A stretch of 64,000 nt of DNA from Amphiscolops sp. MND2022 (Eukaryota), in NCBI GenBank assembly GCA_964187785.1, contig OZ076409.1, positions 2,604,001 through 2,668,000 on the forward strand, written 5' to 3'. This document shows, piece after piece, positions 57,101 through 64,000 of the stretch. Positions within the stretch are counted from its first letter, which is position 1. Each line of letters opens with the position of its first letter. The notes below the pieces were generated by a model. That model saw only the letters and a program-made list of their open reading frames with translations, was not told the origin of the DNA and made no database searches. The translations under genes were made by a program, and so were the position numbers.

Positions 57101-60100
57101 TGCACAACGGGATGATGTGGCAGGTACCACTCGCGGGGTTGGTCTAATTTGAAACAGTCGCTTTTGTCAACTTTGGTGATGTAACCTTTGTTGAAGTCGT
57201 CGTGAATTGTTTTGGCGTAAAGTTGTTTCAATTCGGGATCTTTGTCGAGGCGACGTTCCAACGATTTTAGCTGCACGAGCGCGGCAAAGTAGTTATTCGG
57301 CAAACTACTGTCTTGTTCGGTCCATAACATTCCCACATGGTACCGGTTACCATCGTGGTAAGTCGTTTCTTCAAGTATTTCCACCGCTCTCGCATCGGCA
57401 GCGGAACGCGAATCTACTTGTTTGTACGCTCCATACGATTCGATATCGTACCAGCTTCGGAGTTGGTCGGCAAGTTCGGAGTCCAATTCCTTGTTAGAAG
57501 CAACAGCTTTAAAACAAGTTGAATAGAGACCTGAGGACGAGGGGAGCGGTCCACTCAAAACCCAACCCAACGGTAAGCGAACGGCAACTGGAGCATTTTT
57601 GCGGTCGGAATCAAAATACTCCAGCGGGCGGATCGAGTGGAAAACATCCTGACCTAGGATCATTTCAACATCGCCGTAGCTGTACTTTTTCAAAGAGATT
57701 GGTTGCAAATGGGGGTACTTTGTTTTCAAAAGTTCGACATCGATGGTGTCAGTTCCGACTTTGAGGTCTTCCCTGACGTACGGTTTAACAACAAAGGGAG
57801 AGCAAGAGCCACCCGAATGAACGGGTGTCAACTTAAGCTCCACCAGTTGCGTGTCTACGACTTGGTTAGAATTTATGCCATGGACAGTAAGCTTGGTCGG
57901 GGTGCCATGAACGTTCAACTTCGTTGCCAGATTTGCTGAGATCCAGGAATGGCTACAGGCAGAATCACACAGTGCTAAGACTTTTTCACTTTTGCCATTC
58001 GCGTGAAGTTCAACTTCCGTTACTTGTAAGAGGCCTTTAACATCGGCAACGGAGGGCATGCCTGAGCTCTCGTCTGATCTTTCGTTGTTCATTGACGTCC
58101 CAATACAACCAGATGTTTCAGTTTTGTCCTTGTTCACATTAGTGGCTTTCTTGGCAAATATTCTGTCGGCTCCGTGCAAGAAAGTGTTGTGTGAACTCCC
58201 GCATCCATCTTTCGTACACTTGCGGGGTTGTGGGCACTGGCGAAACGTGTGATTTTGGTTGAAGCATGAAAAGCAGAGCTTATTGTCTGCCACAATTCTT
58301 GCTCTCTCCGTGGGTGTCTTTTTTCTGAAAAATGGACATCTCCACAACGGGTGTTTGTCTTTACAGGCGACACAGTTTGGCGGTTGTTCCACTTTACTCT
58401 TCGAGTTCGAACTTTGTTGGCTAGACGAGGCTGTCGAGGCAAAAACTTTGGAGACAGTTTTAGTCTTTGTTGCAGTAGTGGTACTGTCTTCGGTTTTCGG
58501 CTTGGTTGAGGCAGACTTCATGCGCTCATGCGCTTCCGCCTTATCTTTGAGCCAATCGTTGAAATCGATCAGTGTTGGCCTGTCCAATGTCCGCTTCACC
58601 GTGTGCATTGACCATGCTTCTTTCATATTCGGTGGAAGCTTTTGCACAGCTTGTCCCAGCAGTGATGCACTGGATAGATCTTGAAGGTAATTCAGTGACC
58701 GGAAGACTCCGACTAAAGAACAGATGGTCGCTGAGTAACTGATGATGCTCTCACTGTTGTGCATCTTTACAGGTGGGAAGTTCGATAACTTGTCCAGGTA
58801 CGCAGTTACTACAGTCTGGGGTTGACCGAATTTCTGTTCTAAAGTCTTCAGAGCGTCTCTATACATCGCTCCACAATAGGCGAACTCAGAGATTGCAGTT
58901 TTGGCTTTGCCTGTTACGAGGGTTTTCAGGTATGTTAGCTTAACATCGTCTGTTAGTGGTGCCGCATCGATCGCGCTTTTGAATTGGCCGAACCATTCGT
59001 GCCATTGTAGCGGATCTCCGCTGTATTGTGCTAACTTCCACTCGGGCAAATGATCTTTCTTGGTTGAAGCTAACAAAAGAGCAAGATCTTGAATAGAAAA
59101 CCCAGTTGTACTTGGTTGCGGGATTGGCGTAGTTCCTGTTGGCACAAATGTAGCGGCTGTTGGACTAAGGGAAGTCGTCGGTTGTGCAGCTGTACTGTAC
59201 ACAATTGGTGTGGTAACGGTTGCTGGGGGTACATAATAAACAGTTCCACCAGCGGTAACGGGTACGGTCGGAGCGGCATAGGTTGGCGCGTGAGCGAGCG
59301 GCATGAAAGTAGGTGCCGTCGGCTGTGTCGGGGGCGGAATTGTTGTTACAATTGGTGCGGTGGTAACGGTCGGGTTCGGGAAGGTCCATGCGGACAAGTT
59401 TGGGAGGATGTGATTCACCGGCATTGTGAACGTGGGCATCCGTGCTGTCGTTTGTGGCGGTAAAACTTGCGCATTGAAACTTCCAGTTTGGGTCGGGATG
59501 ATTGTCGGTTGAACTTGTTGTTGTACTATGACAGCTGATGTTGAAGGTCCGATATTCCCCAAGTTTTGCGCTGTCAATGGAGGAGTCTGAGTTTGTACCG
59601 CAGGAGTGTGATTTACACTCATTGATGGAAGGGTAGTTGTTGGTAGTTGTACTGCCGCGTTTGTTTCGTTGGGATCACCTGGTGTGAAAGTCGGCTGAGA
59701 GACATTAACCAGAGGTGGGTGAGATGGGATGGAAACGGTAGTGTTTGCGACAGAAGTCGCTAGACTTGCAGTCACTGCTGTTACTGTCTCATGTTGAGTC
59801 GTGGTAACGATTGGCGAGTTGTTAACCCAGTCACTAACTCGGCGCGTTTCGCTAGCATCTGTTGTTCTGCTCAACCGCGAAAGAATCTCATGAGCATCTT
59901 CGTTAGCTTCAGATGGGTCTTCCTGAAGTTCAAGTTCAACTAGATGCGCTTCTGCAAGTCGTTTGCGGTTCTCTTCTTGCAGTTGTTCAAGCTCGAGCTC
60001 TTGTTTTTGCTTAGCTAATCGTAAAGCAGCTTCGTTTTGCCGTTCAACTTCTTCTCGCTTGTGTTTGGCAATAAGCAAGTCTCGTTGGCGCTGACTTGAA

Positions 60101-60510
60101 GTTTTCGACGCTTTGCTGCTTGAATTTTTGCTAGACTTGGTCTTCACGGTGGCAGCTTTGACTGAAGTTTGTGAAGAATTATCTGTTTTGGGACATTGGT
60201 CGATATATTCCCTTGCGCTTCTCAAAATTTCATCATTTTGTATGCTCGTGACGTTCAACCATTTTTCTAAGTCCGCTGTGACAGTTGCCGGGTCGTTGGT
60301 TTTCTTGGCAAGCTCGAGTAGCTGTTCGTTCTTAGCGAAAGCTTTTGTCATAGCCTCTTCGCAAGAAGTGACCAACCGTTCGACGCGGACGCGTCTGTCG
60401 GCATTGTTTACTGCTTCTGTCACGTCCTTTTGATATCTGTTCAAGTCGGCTTCGGCTTTCGCGCGACTGTCATACAACTTTTGCACCTTTTCATTAACGG
60501 GGTCAGACAT
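54106..60510 (-). CDS. Bel/Pao D gag-pol polyprotein (2134 aa), intact
   Basis: LPEWKLAQYSGDP gag, Cys/His knuckles, protease LCDSAC, RT WYLPHH and FYMDD, RNase H LHMFGDSS, integrase IDYFGP / WSDNG / GGVWER. Confidence 0.96.
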   Translation of the reverse strand: MSDPVNEKVQKLYDSRAKAEADLNRYQKDVTEAVNNADRRVRVERLVTSCEEAMTKAFAKNEQLLELAKKTNDPATVTADLEKWLNVTSIQNDEILRSAREYIDQCPKTDNSSQTSVKAATVKTKSSKNSSSKASKTSSQRQRDLLIAKHKREEVERQNEAALRLAKQKQELELEQLQEENRKRLAEAHLVELELQEDPSEANEDAHEILSRLSRTTDASETRRVSDWVNNSPIVTTTQHETVTAVTASLATSVANTTVSIPSHPPLVNVSQPTFTPGDPNETNAAVQLPTTTLPSMSVNHTPAVQTQTPPLTAQNLGNIGPSTSAVIVQQQVQPTIIPTQTGSFNAQVLPPQTTARMPTFTMPVNHILPNLSAWTFPNPTVTTAPIVTTIPPPTQPTAPTFMPLAHAPTYAAPTVPVTAGGTVYYVPPATVTTPIVYSTAAQPTTSLSPTAATFVPTGTTPIPQPSTTGFSIQDLALLLASTKKDHLPEWKLAQYSGDPLQWHEWFGQFKSAIDAAPLTDDVKLTYLKTLVTGKAKTAISEFAYCGAMYRDALKTLEQKFGQPQTVVTAYLDKLSNFPPVKMHNSESIISYSATICSLVGVFRSLNYLQDLSSASLLGQAVQKLPPNMKEAWSMHTVKRTLDRPTLIDFNDWLKDKAEAHERMKSASTKPKTEDSTTTATKTKTVSKVFASTASSSQQSSNSKSKVEQPPNCVACKDKHPLWRCPFFRKKTPTERARIVADNKLCFSCFNQNHTFRQCPQPRKCTKDGCGSSHNTFLHGADRIFAKKATNVNKDKTETSGCIGTSMNNERSDESSGMPSVADVKGLLQVTEVELHANGKSEKVLALCDSACSHSWISANLATKLNVHGTPTKLTVHGINSNQVVDTQLVELKLTPVHSGGSCSPFVVKPYVREDLKVGTDTIDVELLKTKYPHLQPISLKKYSYGDVEMILGQDVFHSIRPLEYFDSDRKNAPVAVRLPLGWVLSGPLPSSSGLYSTCFKAVASNKELDSELADQLRSWYDIESYGAYKQVDSRSAADARAVEILEETTYHDGNRYHVGMLWTEQDSSLPNNYFAALVQLKSLERRLDKDPELKQLYAKTIHDDFNKGYITKVDKSDCFKLDQPREWYLPHHPVVHPHKPGKVRRVLNGAARFQGQSLNNALLTGPDLLQNLIHILIRFRQHKYAVSADIEGMFLQVGVIPKDQPSLRFLWREDPAAEIAVYQYVRHIFGSKDSPTCANYALKRTGSDNQDTFPEAAKSVHRSFYMDDYLESSPTVEEASNKAKDLVTLLAKGGFNLTKFVSNITYLPAELQQSGELTPTDEKVIPKPDESSHVLGLKWNHACDTLVVSRGTSPATNKKLTQRVVLSVVSAVYDPIGLVAPFTVQARLLLKDIWRLSGQQWDDDLPDEIVTKFNEWSKELPTLSEIQIPRSYFEERVETLELHMFGDSSQDVFSAVAFLRGKVATATGYTTELAFVFGKARVAPMKALTIPKLEIQASLLAARLRKEIENALTVRVDNTFMWTDSTTVLQWLHSLEKQPVFVTNRVAEILELTTVDEWNYVKSSDNPADAGTRGVSANSLRDSPWLKGPSFLRTHDWPFKPPKHIEVKLKAKKSDFSVSDQESSEFLTALSATVIGIATTFEWQKYSSYEKLLRVVAYILRLLPKNEGYRSDSGLVTDPNEMQNAEMRLFYLIQQESFPVELRCLLKQSPVSNSSKLSQFSPFIGPQGLLRATGRIKQLTVSTFDAKHPILLDSRHPAVRLYLEQLHETHCHQGVDYLRALVQQQFAIVKLRTALRSIVSKCVICRKRRAETVNPIMSDLPQERLAFQERPFTNTGIDYFGPFYVAVKRSTEKRWGFLFTCLTTRAVHFEVVPSMDTSSCVMGIERFAARRGVPSVLWSDNGTNFIASEKELLQNVSAWNQQTLSEALVRKRIHWKFNPPSAPHHGGVWERIVRSFKHVFYAILGNRRLTDEILTTTFCLVEQSLNSRPLVPVSSDATDLDALTPNHFLLGTAGSTMPSHQRADVDHRKRYARAQAYSDAIWDRWLKDYVPSLNRRSKWSAQPNRDLKAGDLVWIVEPTSPRGHYPLARVVKLNYGTDAVARSAELKTATGNIVRPVVKLAPVFPFPDSPNLT

Positions 60511-60933
60511 GACCGTAGTAAAATTTGAGGATCGGTGGGCGATTGTACTTTTTCAGACGTCAACCAAACAATTAAGTTTTGACACAGTTCAAGAAAAAGT
60601 TCGGTAGAAGAACGGTGTTTATCGGTGACAACACTGTGTTTGTACAGTGCTTCTACAAAGAAACTGGCGATTTTTTTTGTTTTAAGTTAAAAGTAGTCAC
60701 AGACTACGAGGACGGAACACGATAAACTCAAAGTCGCGTCGACGAAACGCGGTCTCAGTTGACGGTGGTGCGGCTGAGGGACGAAACGATCTTTCAGAGT
60801 ATCAACCAGTCAGTCAAGACTGGACACAACTCTGAAAGAAGTAGGAAGAGCTGAAGAAACTTCAACCGATCAGTGAAGTTCGGACACTGTCTCGACAGCT
60901 GGAAGAAGTGGGGGGGGGGGTAGCCAACTGAGT

Positions 60934-61542
60934 CTAAAAGGAGGCAGCGGCTCTCTTAGCAGCGTTCCGGGCACGCTTGCTTGGCCGTTTGGGTCGGCTT
61001 TTATCAGTTATTTTACTGAGATCATTCTCTTTACGAAGAACAAAATCCAAATTCTTCAGTTCAAGCTCTGGGCTCTGATGCAACGCCTTGAATTGTTTAA
61101 GAATCTCGGGATCCTTTTGTTTTTTCACGGATATAAAATATTTGACGATACTGAACACTTTGATATTATGATCAGTTTGCAAAACTTTCAATTCTTCGAA
61201 AATGTGCGGGGTGCGGTAACGTTGGCAATACACCAGAGCACAAAGCTTGTCTTGAAGACTTTTCAATGTTTTAATTAGATCTAGCACTGATAACGCACGG
61301 AAATTGTTGCTATCATGTTTCTAAATACTATTGTTCAAAACATCATGCCAAATCACAATGTCTTTTTTATCTTTCAGATCTTTCGAAAGTAAATTTTGAA
61401 CAATCTTCTTGGGATTTTTCGTGTTCGGATTGAGACTCAGGCCCGGGATGGTATGAGTTTTTTCTTTAAATTGTCCTTTTTTTTCGGGAGTTAACGTTTC
61501 TATTGCATGGTGCAAAGAACTAGCAGCCAATATGAAAACCAT
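60934..61542 (-). pseudogene. ORF0: SGNH-hydrolase-like protein (202 codons) with one in-frame TAG at 61321-61323
   Basis: ORFs 61321-61590 and 60934-61287 are in the same frame. Reading through gives DIVIWHDVLNNSI*KHDSNNF, collinear with DIVIWHGVISNTVSAHSTNNF of element C. Confidence 0.75.
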
Positions 61543-62594
61543 ACGTGTTTTGTTTACAATAATTTGCGCAAAATTGAATTTTTTTTTCAAGATTTCTTCA
61601 TTCGTCTACACGGATTATCAAAGGGCGGATACAACAATTTTTCAAATTGGAACAAGTTTACATGGAAAATTCGGGACACTTTTTTATTTTTACAAGAAGC
61701 AAAAATGAAATAAGCGCTCAGCTTTCCAAAATTTTTGCCGAGTTTCAGTCGATAAATATGATTTGGACCCTTTTTTGGGTTTTGTTTAAAAGAAAGGTAT
61801 CGAATTTTTGTGCTTTTTAGCAAAGTGTTACATTGGATTTTTTCATCAATCACACTTTCCAAATTTCGTAAGAAATTGGAAGTTTTACATAACACAAAAA
61901 AGTGTCTCGAATCTGACAAACTTTGCTATCTCGAAAATGTTAGCACAATGATGTTTCGTCGGGTTATTGGTTTTTTACAAGGAACGCTTTGCAAAAAAAA
62001 TAAAAACTGATGCGCAAAGCTGTTAAATTTTTTTTCTCAGGTACTCACGACCATGAATTCATCTGCGGGTTAAGCCTTCAACGAGTCTGCAATGATAGAT
62101 GTCTACTGTTGAGGTGAATATGTGAAAACGGAGTTCCAGGGATAGCTTCTGGGGATTCGGGGCCTTTTCTAAGCGACTTTTTCGGGTTGAGCTTCCAGGG
62201 TTTGCTTTTTGTTGAGGGTCGGTGTTCAAAGTACAACAAATTCAAATGGGTTTCATTCGTGCATCACTGTTCCTGAACATCATTTGTTTTCCGAAAGAAA
62301 CGGAAATTTAAAGTCTTTCGTATTGACTATTTCAGTAAATGTTGTGCTGCTGCTCGGTAAAAAGTAATTCAGCTGCTGGTTGTTCCGAGAAACCATTGAT
62401 TCAACTCCATTAATGCTGAGTCACTATCGCTGAAATTTTGTTCACACAGTCCCGAAGAGATAAGTTTTTTGGCGGGGATCTGATTCAAATTTGGCAGTTC
62501 AAATCGTAGAATGGAGCAGTGAGTTCGTTGCTTTAGGCGGCAAATTGAAGATGCGAAATATAAATATGCAGTAGCTGTTGTACTGTGGGCTGTG

Positions 62595-62616
62595 TCGAGC
62601 CTCTCTATGGCCACCA
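62595..62616 (-). promoter_or_regulatory. primer-binding site of Bel/Pao D (tRNA-Ile-like, tentative)
   Basis: TGGTGGCCATAGAGAGGCTCGA directly follows the 5' LTR. Its complement resembles a tRNA T-arm and acceptor end in CCA. Confidence 0.8.
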
Positions 62617-62975
62617 TAAAGGAACTGTAGATAGATAATACAGCCCGTTTTTGTTCAAAAACGAAGAGGAACGAAAACTCCAATTATCTTGATCTGAAAT
62701 CTGCCCAGTATGATATTTCAAACCAATGTTTAAACAATATCAAATCAATAAATGAGCATCGAATTGTTTACAAACATTATTAAACAAATCAAAGTTTCGA
62801 GATAGCAAATTGATTGAATATTATTTGAAAAATATATTTTACTATTTTCAGAACTATCAAATATTTGACGGTTTCGGGAATCGAACCGGTAATCTTCATG
62901 TTCCGAGTCCCGTACTCTACCGATCGTGTCACTTAATTTTGTTTGTTTTAATTCAACCATATTTGCTTTGCAACA
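62617..62975 (-). repeat. 5' LTR of Bel/Pao D
   Basis: Direct repeat of 53578-53936. Confidence 0.95.
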
Positions 62976-63014
62976 GAAAACATTGAGTAGTATTTGCAAA
63001 AAAGATTAGCAATT

Positions 63015-63060
63015 ACTGAGATTCGAACCGTCGACCTTCTGATTAGAAAGCTTTCACGAT
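63015..63060 (-). repeat. tRNA-derived (SINE-like) fragment
   Basis: Minus strand reads CTAATCAGAAGGTCGACGGTTCGAATCTC, a variable loop plus B box. No full cloverleaf forms. Confidence 0.4.
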
Positions 63061-63625
63061 TCGAGATCATTTGGCACATATGCCGACTAATATTTTGACT
63101 TTCCTCAATCTTCAAAATTTTGTTTTCAGTCCAAAAATTTTCAGTAGAAATTTTCTACAAAAATTTTTGATACCTTTAAACAGCTCATCAGTGATTATCT
63201 TGAAAACTAACATTTTCTTTCGTCTGAATGATTCTCACTAACACGATCACTTTGTGTGAGTTGTTCTACAATTAGATAATAATCGTATAGAATCCCTATG
63301 ATTCCTAAGTAATCCAAACAATTCTAAAGGGAGGCTCTTATGAAAAGTATCATATATAATCAATCAGTAGCGCAAAAGTTCGTCTTTTTGTAGTTTGCTA
63401 GACTTCAGAGAAAAACCATCTTCAGGTACGTTGAAATGTTTTTGAAAACTGCACGGCATGGAGCTTCGTTCTTTGGACTGTGATTTGATATCAAAACCGC
63501 GGGTGACATTTGATTGTTTGATTTATTGACAGTCAAAACGAAGGATTATCAGATGTTTGTTCACTAACAACACTTGAGGAGCATAATTTTTCGTGCATTC
63601 CATTTCTTCGTTCACTCAAATATAC

Positions 63626-63870
63626 TAGATGAACCAAAAAAACGGAACGCACAAAATTTCTCGTACTCTCAAAATGTCAAATATTTGTCAACAAAATGTT
63701 TCAAAACAACTTCGAACGCTGAAAGTCAGCTTGTCAATCATTCACTTTGACAACATTGCTTTCACACATTCGAGTGTCAATTGACACTCAAATGTGTGAA
63801 AGACACTCTTTAAAGAACTTTCACACTTCAGAATTGCAAACAAAGTGATTGGTAAAGATGTCTACAATTT
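63626..63870 (+). repeat. dispersed repeat copy containing a 44-bp palindrome
   Basis: Homologous to 51329-51545, with a palindrome at 63759-63802. Confidence 0.7.
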
Positions 63871-64000
63871 CACTGAGGGTTCAAATAATCTTTTGTTGAA
63901 GTTTCGATTACGTAATTAGAGCTCCGATTTGAAAGATTGAGTTTGACAATTTTCTGAACCTTGTTTACAAATATTACAATTTTGAATAGCGAAATTTTTG

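Larger units (their letters stand above)
53578..62975 (-). mobile_element. Bel/Pao D: full-length LTR retrotransposon with intact polyprotein
   Basis: 359-bp LTRs (53578-53936, 62617-62975) and TSD GAAAA (53573-53577, 62976-62980). PBS, PPT and a single 2134-aa ORF are present. Confidence 0.96.

Overview
This window is AT-rich eukaryotic DNA (animal-like by inference) and about three quarters of it is LTR retrotransposon. No host gene, rRNA, intact tRNA or CRISPR array is supported. Contents in order: (i) the 5' end of a Mag-like Ty3/Gypsy element cut by the window edge (1-~1215, minus); (ii) full-length Gypsy A (1841-14378, minus, 364-bp LTRs, TSD CTTAA) with decayed gag-pol; (iii) a hAT-type MITE inserted at the end of a Tc1/mariner remnant; (iv) full-length, young Gypsy B (16960-33289, plus, 2207-bp LTRs, TSD GGAGT) with intact gag and a -1 frameshifted pol; (v) Bel/Pao C (34681-42989, plus, 298-bp LTRs, TSD ATGTT); (vi) a 1.5-kb tandem duplication, two MITE-like inverted repeats and dispersed repeats; (vii) Bel/Pao D (53578-62975, minus, 359-bp LTRs, TSD GAAAA) with an intact 2134-aa polyprotein. 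The main result is extra cargo. Each full-length Gypsy carries a predicted intron-containing gene on the antisense strand between pol and the 3' LTR, which the ORF track shows only as fragments. In A it is an integrase-type H2C2 zinc domain fused to an OTU-like protease domain (4 exons, 333 aa). In B it is a BED-finger plus hAT-transposase-like protein (5 exons, 1122 aa, one nonsense codon). In both elements the antisense unit lies head-to-head with a sense ORF next to the 3' LTR. Both Bel/Pao elements carry a homologous ~200-aa SGNH-hydrolase-like ORF upstream of gag. Splice models and domain calls come from reading motifs by eye and need HMM and RNA-seq confirmation.
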